Assembly (NCBI GenBank): GCA_007134675.1
Contig: SLKJ01000030.1
Span: forward strand, 1,998-65,997
Length of the DNA stretch: 64,000 bases
Reading direction: 5' to 3'
Source of the DNA: Bacteroidales bacterium
GTDB taxonomy: Bacteria; Bacteroidota; Bacteroidia; Bacteroidales; PUMT01
Part shown: positions 9,906-19,071 of the stretch, in pieces
Numbering within the stretch: the stretch's first letter is position 1
How the letters are laid out: each line of letters opens with the position of its first letter
The notes under the pieces: generated by a model
Databases searched by the model: none
Told to the model about the DNA's origin: nothing
What the model saw: the letters and a program-made list of their open reading frames with translations, nothing else
Translations under genes and position numbers: made by a program

Positions 9906-11237
9906 TTGGAAGAGAGTGAGTTTTTTTTAGGGTTTATTACGGGCACCGGTATTGTGTTCCACCCCTTTACTATGGGGATAGCGATAGGGTTATTGGGTCT
10001 TGCCCTGCTCCTTATGGCCTCAGCGATGATTTCCGGTTCAGAGGTTGCATTTTTCTCATTGTCGCCTGTGGAGCTGAATATGCTTGAGAACAGGGGAACA
10101 GGTTCCAGCCGGGCGGCATGCCGACTTCTTGAAGATCGGGATCGACTCCTTGCAACTATTGTTATTGCAAACAATTTTGTCAATGTAGCGATAGTTATCT
10201 TTTCGACAATAATTACTGATCAGGTAGTTGATTTTTCAGGTTCTCCCGCTATTGGTTTTGTATTCAAGGTAATTTTAATCACTTTTCTGCTGCTTCTTTT
10301 CGGTGAGATACTCCCCAAACTACACGCAAATCATAACCCTGTCAGATTCACGTTGCTTATGGCTCATCCTCTGGTTTTCCTGGGGAATTTATTTAAACCT
10401 GTAAGCTTGCTTCTCATGAGGTCGGGTGCCTTGATATTCAAAAGGTTGTCGCGGTCGAAAGAAAACATCTCGATTGATGACCTGTCGTTTGCACTTGACC
10501 TGGCAGCACCCTCACTGAAAGAGGATAAAAAGATACTTAAGGGCATTGTTGATTTTGGTAACAAGGCGGTTACAGATATCATGAAACCGAGGATTGATAT
10601 AATTGCCGTCAGTCTTTCAACGGGCTTTAACAAACTGATTTCCGTAATTATTGAATCAGGGTATTCACGGATACCTGTTTTTGCCGAAACCTTTGATGAT
10701 GTCAGGGGCATTTTATATGTCAAGGATCTGCTTCCGCACCATCAGAAGGGTGATTCATTTCGTTGGCAGACTCTTATCAGGCCTCCTTATTTCGTGCCGG
10801 AAACCAAAAAGATCAATGATTTATTGAAGGAGTTTCAGACGCAGAAGATTCATATGGCAATTGTGGTTGACGAATATGGAGGCACTACAGGAATAGTTAC
10901 AATGGAGGATATAGTCGAAGAAATTGTTGGTGAAATAAGTGACGAGTTTGACCTGGCCGAGCTTTATTTTTCAAAGCTTGATGATAACAATTATATTTTT
11001 GAGGGGAAAACCCCCCTGAATGATTTTTGCAAAATTATCGGACTTGAACATGATGTTTTTGATGAAATACGAGGTGATGCGGATACCCTTGCAGGACTTA
11101 TACTTGAGTATGAAGGGGAAATTCCTGAAAAGAACAAGATAATAATTTACAAGCAATTTAAGTTTAAAATTGAATCGGCAGACAACCGACGTATAAAACA
11201 GATCAGGGTGTCTATTAACAGAAATATTGGTGTTTAA
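9906..11237 (+). CDS. gldE: Gliding-motility protein GldE (CNNM/CorC-type: DUF21 membrane domain, CBS pair, CorC_HlyC)
   Basis: The domain order is typical of the hemolysin/CorC family. The conserved Bacteroidota order ssb-gldE-gldD is present. The start is uncertain (TTG at 9906, or ATG at 9972). Confidence 0.75.
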   Translation: MEESEFFLGFITGTGIVFHPFTMGIAIGLLGLALLLMASAMISGSEVAFFSLSPVELNMLENRGTGSSRAACRLLEDRDRLLATIVIANNFVNVAIVIFSTIITDQVVDFSGSPAIGFVFKVILITFLLLLFGEILPKLHANHNPVRFTLLMAHPLVFLGNLFKPVSLLLMRSGALIFKRLSRSKENISIDDLSFALDLAAPSLKEDKKILKGIVDFGNKAVTDIMKPRIDIIAVSLSTGFNKLISVIIESGYSRIPVFAETFDDVRGILYVKDLLPHHQKGDSFRWQTLIRPPYFVPETKKINDLLKEFQTQKIHMAIVVDEYGGTTGIVTMEDIVEEIVGEISDEFDLAELYFSKLDDNNYIFEGKTPLNDFCKIIGLEHDVFDEIRGDADTLAGLILEYEGEIPEKNKIIIYKQFKFKIESADNRRIKQIRVSINRNIGV

Positions 11238-11248
11238 AAAGTTCAGAT

Positions 11249-11824
11249 ATGATCCGTATTGCAATTAGTATGCTCATTTTTAAGTTGTTTATTTTTATTT
11301 CATCTTGCAGCAGTGATTATTCACCAAGGCCGAGGGGTTATTTCAGAATTGACTTTCCCGAAAGATCATATGTTTCCTACGAGGGGGATTGTCCGTACAG
11401 GTTTAAGTATCCTGAATTTGCCGAAGTTATTGAGGATGATAGCCGTATGGCCCAGCCATGCTGGATAAACATAGACTTTCCGGAGTTTCGGGGGCGGCTC
11501 CACATAAGTTATATGGAGGTTGATGACAATCTTGTTGAATTCATGGAGGATTCAAGAAAACTGGCATATAAACATACAGTCAAAGCAGATGGCATTGATG
11601 AAAGGATATTTGTCAATCATGAGAATAGAGTCTATGGTGTTTTATATGATATTAAAGGTAATTCAGCCTCAGCACTTCAGTTTTTTTTGACTGACAGCAG
11701 CAGACACTTTTTTAGAGCTGCCCTGTACTTTAATGTCCAACCTGACAGGGATTCCCTTGCACCGGTAATAGATTATTTCAGAGAAGACATATTATACCTG
11801 ATTGAAAGCTTTGCCTGGAATTAA
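11249..11824 (+). CDS. gldD: Gliding-motility lipoprotein GldD
   Basis: Lipoprotein signal (FISSCSS). PRPRGYFRIDFP...HISY...KADGI...YDIKGNSASALQFFLTDSSRHFFRAALYF...DSLAPVIDY matches the GldD pattern. It lies immediately after gldE. Confidence 0.8.
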   Translation: MIRIAISMLIFKLFIFISSCSSDYSPRPRGYFRIDFPERSYVSYEGDCPYRFKYPEFAEVIEDDSRMAQPCWINIDFPEFRGRLHISYMEVDDNLVEFMEDSRKLAYKHTVKADGIDERIFVNHENRVYGVLYDIKGNSASALQFFLTDSSRHFFRAALYFNVQPDRDSLAPVIDYFREDILYLIESFAWN

Positions 11825-11867
11825 ATGTTTTCGCATATTTGTTTTTTCCAATGAAGGAAAGGTTTAA

Positions 11868-12500
11868 ATGGGAGTGGTATTGAAAAAATATGTGCAGGAT
11901 GATTGTCTCCTGGGATTGTGGAAAATCACAGAGGATTTTTTCACGCTTTATGATATGCTTGACCTTAATAGTGACGAGATCCGCACCCTGAACAGTTTTA
12001 AAAGCTACAGCAGAAAACTCGAGTGGTTAAGCGTCAGAGTGCTTCTGACAGAAATGGTAGGCCCGGATATTAAAATTTATTATAATGGAAACAGAAAGCC
12101 TTTTCTTACCGATAAAAGTTTCCATATAAGCATTTCGCATTCAAACCGGCTTACTTCAATAATAGTCAGCCGCAAGCACCGGGTAGGACTCGATCTGGAA
12201 TATGTTTCCAGTAAAATCGCCAGCCTTGCCGGAAAATTTCTGACAGCCCCTGAGGAAGAAGCAATCAGCTCCAGATTCAGGAGGTACCATATATATATAT
12301 ACTGGTGTGCAAAAGAGACATTGTACAAGATATGTGACAAGCATAATATCAATTTTCGCGAAGATATAATAATTGACCCTTTTATACCTGAAAAGCGGGG
12401 CACTCTGACAGGCAAGGTGCATACTGATGCAATCAAAGAAGATTTTGTCCTTCATTATTTCAAATATCAGAATTATACCATTGTTTGGTGTTGCAAGTAA
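11868..12500 (+). CDS. 4'-phosphopantetheinyl transferase superfamily protein (Sfp-like)
   Basis: ISISHS...VGLDLE...WCAKETLYK are the PPTase motifs. Length is 210 aa. Confidence 0.75.
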   Translation: MGVVLKKYVQDDCLLGLWKITEDFFTLYDMLDLNSDEIRTLNSFKSYSRKLEWLSVRVLLTEMVGPDIKIYYNGNRKPFLTDKSFHISISHSNRLTSIIVSRKHRVGLDLEYVSSKIASLAGKFLTAPEEEAISSRFRRYHIYIYWCAKETLYKICDKHNINFREDIIIDPFIPEKRGTLTGKVHTDAIKEDFVLHYFKYQNYTIVWCCK

Positions 12501-12507
12501 ATTATTT

Positions 12508-13230
12508 ATGATTTATCAGTCCATATTAAATTCTTCCGGGAAAAAGCGAAAACTTGCTCTGCTCATAGACCCGGAGGAGACTTCATCAGATGTTCTTCCC
12601 GCATTAATTGAGTCAGCTCTCAGAGGCTGTGTTTCGATTATACTTGTTGGAGGAAGCCTTGTAAATCATCCGGTAGGACCGCTTATTGATGCAATAAAGA
12701 AAATATGTTCCCTGCCTGTCCTGCTATTCCCCGGAACACCCGGGCAATTGAGTGACAAGGCTGATGGTTTATTGCTCTTGTCCCTTATTTCGGGTAGGAA
12801 CCCTGAGTTTCTTATTGGAAATCATGTTGTTGCTGCTAAGTTTCTGAAAAAAAGTTCTCTTGAGATCATACCTACCGGTTATATGCTGATAGAGAACGGT
12901 ATAACCAGTTCGGCCGAGTATATGAGCAATACCCGGCCTATGCCTGCAAATAAGCCTGAGCTGGCTGTTTCCACTGCACTGGCCGGTGAAATGCTTGGAA
13001 TGAAGCTCATTTATCTGGAAGGAGGAAGTGGTGCTCCCACTGCTATACCGGCTGAATTAATTTCTGCAGTAAAGAAGAACATCAGCATCCCCCTGATTGT
13101 TGGTGGAGGAATAAGGAGTGCCGGTGACCTGAAAAAGGTTTACGAAGCAGGTGCTGATATTGCTGTTGTTGGTAATGCTGTTGAGAATGATGCAACTAAA
13201 CTTCTCGAAATTGCGAAAGCTATAAAATAA
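12508..13230 (+). CDS. Geranylgeranylglyceryl phosphate synthase family protein (PcrB/GGGPS-like)
   Basis: ILVGGS..., LIYLEGGSGAP and PLIVGGGIRS...AGADIAVVGNAVE are TIM-barrel phosphate-binding motifs. I moved the start to the ATG at 12508; the track ORF starts at 12427, inside the upstream gene. Confidence 0.8.
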   Translation: MIYQSILNSSGKKRKLALLIDPEETSSDVLPALIESALRGCVSIILVGGSLVNHPVGPLIDAIKKICSLPVLLFPGTPGQLSDKADGLLLLSLISGRNPEFLIGNHVVAAKFLKKSSLEIIPTGYMLIENGITSSAEYMSNTRPMPANKPELAVSTALAGEMLGMKLIYLEGGSGAPTAIPAELISAVKKNISIPLIVGGGIRSAGDLKKVYEAGADIAVVGNAVENDATKLLEIAKAIK

Positions 13231-13277
13231 AAAACCCCACCCCCGACGGAGTGAGGTTCTTATAGAAATATCCTTTT

Positions 13278-14285
13278 TTACGGGCATTTAAGAATGTGTT
13301 CCATCTGATATTTTGCAGATGCTTCGTAATTACCGTAAGCTGCGTCGTTATATGCGGCACATGCCCTGGCTGTATCTCCCAGCCCTTCATAAGCCCTGCC
13401 AAGTTCAAAATATATCTTGGCTGTTTCTTCTTTGTTTCCGTTAAACAGATCAATTGCTCTTTGTGCACTGTCTACTGCATCCTGATAACGTGACTGCTCA
13501 TTATAAATGGTAGCAAGAAGAAAATGGGTTTCGGGGAATGTTTCATCATAAGTAAGCGATGATGATATAAGATCTATTGCCCGCTGAAGGTTGTTTTCCT
13601 GCTTTGCCCTTACTGCACGTACCAGAAAAAAATCGCGCGCTGTAGATTCGGCAGTTTGCATTATCTGTTCTTCTTCGGTAATCAGAGCATTTTCAATTGC
13701 CATGTCCATAGCTTCCCTGAATTTTTCAACATCTTCAAGTCTTCTGTAGACCAGTCCCTTGCCAAGGTATGACCTGGCGTGCTGGGGATTTATTTCCAGA
13801 GCTTTGCCGAACATTTCGAGAGCTTCCTCATTTTTATCCTCCCTGAAAAGGCTGTTGCCCTTAATGGCATACAGCTGGTGCAATACATTCTCTGACCGTC
13901 TGAGGGTACCTGAATCATTGTATTTTTTTGCTACCTCAATGGTTTCTTCAAACCCTTTGACTGCATCCGGAATATTTCTATCACGGTAGTATTCCATGGC
14001 AAGTTCGTAGTGCAGCCCTGGTATCTGAATTTCGGCTTGCTCCCTGACCTCTTCCCCCTCTTCTCCAAGAAGTCTTGCTATTTGAGCGCTTTCTTCAAAA
14101 CTTGCAATCGCTGCCTTTATGTCTGTTTCTGCTAATTCCAAACCAGTATTGTAGGCTTCGACGGCTTCTCTGAGTGTTTGTCCCTGAACAACCTGTAATC
14201 CTAAGAATAGCGAAAGTGCCGACAAAAAAATAAAACTTTTAAATTTCCTGGTCTTCATATGCTTTATGTTTGGGTTTCTATTCAC
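13278..14285 (-). CDS. Exported tetratricopeptide-repeat protein
   Basis: Signal peptide followed by repeated TPR-like A..Y..AL helices. No catalytic motif. Confidence 0.7.
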   Translation of the reverse strand: MNRNPNIKHMKTRKFKSFIFLSALSLFLGLQVVQGQTLREAVEAYNTGLELAETDIKAAIASFEESAQIARLLGEEGEEVREQAEIQIPGLHYELAMEYYRDRNIPDAVKGFEETIEVAKKYNDSGTLRRSENVLHQLYAIKGNSLFREDKNEEALEMFGKALEINPQHARSYLGKGLVYRRLEDVEKFREAMDMAIENALITEEEQIMQTAESTARDFFLVRAVRAKQENNLQRAIDLISSSLTYDETFPETHFLLATIYNEQSRYQDAVDSAQRAIDLFNGNKEETAKIYFELGRAYEGLGDTARACAAYNDAAYGNYEASAKYQMEHILKCP

Positions 14286-14468
14286 TTTAAAAATCTTCGG
14301 TTAGAACGTCATTAAATAATTTGAGTAAAATTTGCTTTGCTAAAATAGTGTTTTTTTTACGGGAAATACAAAAAATCCTTTACATTTTGCCAGTTAACCT
14401 GTTAAGTATTGTACCCAATTAAAATTATCAATATTTGGGGCAACAGAGACAGGCTTTTTATTTAAAGT

Positions 14469-15368
14469 TTAATTAAACACAAAAACCGGCCTTTTGGTTT
14501 GAAACAGCAATTTCTTTGCCAAACTTGGGTTGAAAAGCCGGTAAAATATATTTCTTTTTTTGTGGGTGAGCGCAATGAGCTCGATATCATTGATTTCAAT
14601 AAAGTCATTAACTCCCTTAAGAAGATCCTTGTTTTCAATAATATGGCATTCAAGTGATAATTGTTTGTGTGTTTTTAAAAAATGAGCTTTCATTTGTGCC
14701 ATTTTTTTACTGTTACTTTTACTGTTTGAGCTGGTACTGAAATGTACACAATCTATTTTTATACTATAACCTGATAGAATTTTTGTGAGTTTATGGATGG
14801 ACTGGTAATCTGATTCATCAAAATCAGTGGCATAAAGAAGTTTTAACTCTCCTTTTTCCTTTAATCTGGCATCACGGGTTACAAGCAGAACGGGTATTCC
14901 TGCTGTATCTATAACTCTTGCAGCTACTGAGCCCAGAATTTCGCCTGATTGCTTTCCGTGCCCTCTGGTGCCGATAACTATGATCTTCGGGGCAAATGAT
15001 CTTATAATATTGTCTATTTCCTCACCGGGCTGACCTGCTTTTACTTCTGTCGTGATTTTTATATTTTTAAGGTCCTTAATACCTGCATACCGTTTTATTT
15101 TTTTTGAAAATTTTCTAATCTGCTTTTCTGCATTTTGCTCAAGGTCCTTGAATATTTCGGTCATATTTGACTGATAGGTAAAGGCGTCGGGGAATGCCAT
15201 TGCATCGACCATGGGATTGAAGAAAACATGGAAAAGCAGTACCTCAGCACCTGTCCTCGACGACAAATGCAATGCGAAAAAACATGCATTCAGGGAGTAA
15301 TCAGAGAAATCAATAGGGACCAGGATTCGTTCAATATCCCCTTTTTCGGTATTATTATTATTTTCCAT
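14469..15368 (-). CDS. Universal stress protein, tandem UspA domains
   Basis: 299 aa with two Usp halves (ILVPIDFSDYS... and VIGTRGHG...GSVA..V). Divergent from the 15586 gene. Confidence 0.8.
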   Translation of the reverse strand: MENNNNTEKGDIERILVPIDFSDYSLNACFFALHLSSRTGAEVLLFHVFFNPMVDAMAFPDAFTYQSNMTEIFKDLEQNAEKQIRKFSKKIKRYAGIKDLKNIKITTEVKAGQPGEEIDNIIRSFAPKIIVIGTRGHGKQSGEILGSVAARVIDTAGIPVLLVTRDARLKEKGELKLLYATDFDESDYQSIHKLTKILSGYSIKIDCVHFSTSSNSKSNSKKMAQMKAHFLKTHKQLSLECHIIENKDLLKGVNDFIEINDIELIALTHKKRNIFYRLFNPSLAKKLLFQTKRPVFVFN

Positions 15369-15585
15369 GTTGATCCTTTTTTGGTTTAATAAATTTAAAA
15401 TATGCGGGGCTTGTTGCTCCCGGAACGTACGTGTATGCCTTTTTTATTTTATCCGGTGAAAAGATAAATAAAAGATGGAACAATGTCAATACTTGCCGGA
15501 TTTTGTATTTACTGATTAATTAACTAAATTTTGAGTTTTAAATTCAATAACTTACAGACATTAAGAGGTTTAAAATCAGGCGTAA

Positions 15586-18500
15586 ATGAAGAAGAGTAGC
15601 CCGAAAGAGAAACAGGATATAAAATCATTGCTGGAGGACAGGAAGGAGAGACTCAAGGAGCTTGCCTGCATTAACCAGACCACGGCAATTCTTAAAGAAG
15701 GGAAACCCGTGGAGGAATCTCTTCATCAGATTGCCCTTATCCTGCCTGCAGCCTGGCAATATCCTGAATATACCGTATCGAGCATCAGATTCGAAGAACG
15801 CGAGTACAGAAGTCCCAGATTCCGACCGACAAAGTGGTCGCTGACCCAGAGTTTCAGAACCATTGACGGCAATGAGGGTATAGTAGAGGTATGCTATACA
15901 AGGGAGTTTGCTGAAATGGATGAGGGCCCTTTCCTGAAGGAGGAAAGGCACCTGATAGATAATATTTGCAGTCTGCTGCTGGGGTATATAAACAGTTACA
16001 AAGCACGGACAATCCTTTTCCGGGCAAAGAGGAAAGAGCGGCAACAGAAACGCCATGCAGAGCAACAGGAAAAAATAGCGGATAGCCGTCAGCTGCTTCA
16101 GCGCTTTTTAAACAGGCATAATGCTGAAAGAGATCTTTTTCATGATCTTATGCCTTTCAAGGTAAAGGAAATATTGCTTGTTTCCACACTATATGATGCC
16201 TACAGCATAGAGAAAGACGGAAGATTCTCTGATCATATGCTTGGGCAGTATCACCAGCTGAATCTCACCTCCCTGCCAAGGGTTACGGGTGTTTCTAAGC
16301 TTGCGGAGGCACTTGATGAACTTCAGAACAAGCATTATGATATGGTAATTGTAATGATGGGGGTGGATAAGCAGACGCCACTTATTCTCAGTAGAAAGCT
16401 GAAAGAGCATTATTCCTACATACCTATTTTTATCCTTGTAAATAATAACCGGGATGTCGAGATCTTTGAGAAGACTGAAAACCGATATGATTTTATAAAC
16501 CGGGTGTTCGTCTGGAACGGAGATCCGAAAATGTTTTTTGCAATGGTCAAAATGCTTGAAGACCAGGTAAATGTGGAGAATGATACAGCTATGGGTTTTA
16601 CCAAGGTTATACTTATCGTTGAAGACTCTCCTAAATATTATTCCCGCTATCTGCCAATGATATACTCTATAGTTCTTGAGCAGACCAGACACCTCATAGA
16701 GGATGTAAATACAGATGAGTTATACAAGGCACTGAAACTTCGCGGCCGCCCAAAGATACTTCTTGCGTCTACATATGAGGAGGCAATGGACATTTTCAAT
16801 CGTTACAGGGAATATGTACTTTGTGTTATTTCCGACGTGCGTTTTCCACGGAATGGGAAGATTGATCCACTGGCAGGTGTGGAGCTCCTCAGGTATGTAA
16901 AAAGCCAGGTTGATAATTTACCTTCCCTGCTGCAGTCTGCTGATACCGAGTTTCAGAAACAGGCACATGAGCTCAAAGCCAGCTTTATAAACAAAAACTC
17001 TGAAACACTTTTACAGGATCTGAAAAGCTTTATCACCTATTTTTTAGGTTTCGGGCATTTTGTCTATCGCGACAATGAGGGCAGGCAGATCGCTGTTGCC
17101 AAGTCAATGCGTGAATTTGAATCTTACCTGAAAACCGTACCGGAAGAATCGCTTGTATATCATGCTGTCAAAAACCACTTCTCTCTATGGCTTATGGCAA
17201 GGGGTGAAGTTAAGATTGCCCGTATTATCAACCCCATGAAGATAAGCGACTTTGAGAGTGCTGAAGAGATGCGCAGATTTCTGATAAATATAATAATCAA
17301 CCACCGCAATGAGCAGGATAGGGGAAAGATTGTCAACTTTGAAGAATCTGCCATACTTGAGGAATCAAATATTGTCTCTTTTGCTTCCGGGTCGCTCGGA
17401 GGGAAGGGCCGGGGACTTGCATTTGTACATTCGCTTATTTATAGTTTCAAATTCTCAGAGATGATCAGCGGCATTAATATCCGCACGCCCGTTACAGGAA
17501 TAATCGGAACTGATGAGTTTGATGTTTTTTTGGAGCTCAACAAGCTGTATGACAAAATATATAATGAAACTGACTATGAAAGAATAAAAAAGCTGTTCAT
17601 AAACGGAAATCTTAGTTACAATCTGGAAAAGAAGCTCCGAATCTTCCTCAAGCTTATTAAACGACCTGTGGCAATAAGGTCCTCCAGCCTTTTTGAGGAT
17701 TCGCTGATGCAGCCATTTTCCGGTGTATTCGGGACATATCTCCTTCCTAACAACCATCCGGTTTTTGATGTCAGGCTTCAGCAGGCGATGAATGCAATAA
17801 AGCTGGTTTTTGCATCTGTTTTTTCAGAAAATGCAAAAACCTATTTTGAATCTATCGACAATAAGATTGAAGAGGAGAAGATGGCCATTGTAATACAGGA
17901 GGTGGTCGGAAACCGTTATGGCGACTATTTCTATCCGCATATAAGCGGTACTGCGCAGTCTCATAACTATTACCCTGTAGCCCATATGAAACCTGAGGAG
18001 GGCTTTTCTGTTGCTGCTGTGGGTCTCGGACAATATGTAATGGATGGTGAGCAATCTTACCGCTTTTCGCCTGCTTACCCCGATATTGAAATAATTTCAC
18101 CAAGGGATCTCTACAAAAATTCTCAGGTGAAGTTTTATGCAGTGAACCTGGCAAGACCTGATATAAACCTTCTTGAGGGTGAAAATGCAGGGCTTATAAA
18201 ACTTGATATTGCCGATGCTGAAAAACACGGTACCCTGAAACACTGTGCTTCAGTTTACGATATTGACAATGATCGCATCATTCCCGGAATTGAAAACCCT
18301 GGCCCACGAATAGTGAATTTTGCCAATATACTTAAGTATAACTACACACCACTTGCCAATGCAATTTCTGTTATTCTCGATGTAGTAAAAGAGGCTTTGG
18401 GATGTCCCGTTGAAATTGAATTTGCTGTTGATCTGAACACCGAAAATAATGGCTTTACATCATTTTATCTTCTGCAGATTAAACCGTTGTTTGGAAATCA

Positions 18501-19050
18501 GGGTGATTATGTCATTGATAATGAAAATATCGATGATGATCTTTTACTTCTTAAGTCCGGCAAAAGCATGGGGAACGGCAAAATTGACAATATTACTGAT
18601 ATTATTTATGTAAAAACCGGGAGTTTTGATAAGATGAAAACCAGGGAGATAGCTCGTGAAATTGAAATGCTCAATTCGACAATGCTCAGGCAGAAAAGGA
18701 AATATGTCCTTATAGGACCTGGACGGTGGGGTACCCGTGACCGGTTTATAGGTATTCCGGTTGCATGGCCTCAAATATCCAATGCTGCAGTTATAGTTGA
18801 AATGAGCATGGAGGGATTTCCTCTTGACGCATCACTCGGGTCGCATTTTTTTCATAATCTTACATCAATGAATGTAGGATATTTGTCAGTAAACCACACT
18901 AATCCTGATGATTTTATTAAAGAGGAAATGCTGCTGGAGGGAGAGACTGTTGAAGAGACCGGTTTTTTGAGACATATAAGATACCCCGGGCCGCTTGAAA
19001 TTCTGATGGATGGCAGAAAGGGAATGGCATTAATTATCAGATCAAATTAG
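15586..19050 (+). CDS. Multidomain protein: N-terminal sensor-like module, two receiver-like domains, PPDK_N/PpsA-type ATP-grasp (PEP/pyruvate-binding family) domain and a conserved C-terminal module
   Basis: ILIVEDSPKYYSRYLP...VISDVRFP (REC). GGKGRGLAF, VAIRSSSLFEDSLMQPFSGVFGTY and MAIVIQEVVG (PpsA N-terminal nucleotide-binding signature). No TSHAA-type swivel His motif. Confidence 0.7.
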   Translation: MKKSSPKEKQDIKSLLEDRKERLKELACINQTTAILKEGKPVEESLHQIALILPAAWQYPEYTVSSIRFEEREYRSPRFRPTKWSLTQSFRTIDGNEGIVEVCYTREFAEMDEGPFLKEERHLIDNICSLLLGYINSYKARTILFRAKRKERQQKRHAEQQEKIADSRQLLQRFLNRHNAERDLFHDLMPFKVKEILLVSTLYDAYSIEKDGRFSDHMLGQYHQLNLTSLPRVTGVSKLAEALDELQNKHYDMVIVMMGVDKQTPLILSRKLKEHYSYIPIFILVNNNRDVEIFEKTENRYDFINRVFVWNGDPKMFFAMVKMLEDQVNVENDTAMGFTKVILIVEDSPKYYSRYLPMIYSIVLEQTRHLIEDVNTDELYKALKLRGRPKILLASTYEEAMDIFNRYREYVLCVISDVRFPRNGKIDPLAGVELLRYVKSQVDNLPSLLQSADTEFQKQAHELKASFINKNSETLLQDLKSFITYFLGFGHFVYRDNEGRQIAVAKSMREFESYLKTVPEESLVYHAVKNHFSLWLMARGEVKIARIINPMKISDFESAEEMRRFLINIIINHRNEQDRGKIVNFEESAILEESNIVSFASGSLGGKGRGLAFVHSLIYSFKFSEMISGINIRTPVTGIIGTDEFDVFLELNKLYDKIYNETDYERIKKLFINGNLSYNLEKKLRIFLKLIKRPVAIRSSSLFEDSLMQPFSGVFGTYLLPNNHPVFDVRLQQAMNAIKLVFASVFSENAKTYFESIDNKIEEEKMAIVIQEVVGNRYGDYFYPHISGTAQSHNYYPVAHMKPEEGFSVAAVGLGQYVMDGEQSYRFSPAYPDIEIISPRDLYKNSQVKFYAVNLARPDINLLEGENAGLIKLDIADAEKHGTLKHCASVYDIDNDRIIPGIENPGPRIVNFANILKYNYTPLANAISVILDVVKEALGCPVEIEFAVDLNTENNGFTSFYLLQIKPLFGNQGDYVIDNENIDDDLLLLKSGKSMGNGKIDNITDIIYVKTGSFDKMKTREIAREIEMLNSTMLRQKRKYVLIGPGRWGTRDRFIGIPVAWPQISNAAVIVEMSMEGFPLDASLGSHFFHNLTSMNVGYLSVNHTNPDDFIKEEMLLEGETVEETGFLRHIRYPGPLEILMDGRKGMALIIRSN

Positions 19051-19071
19051 TATTTTTAGTAAAATTTAATT

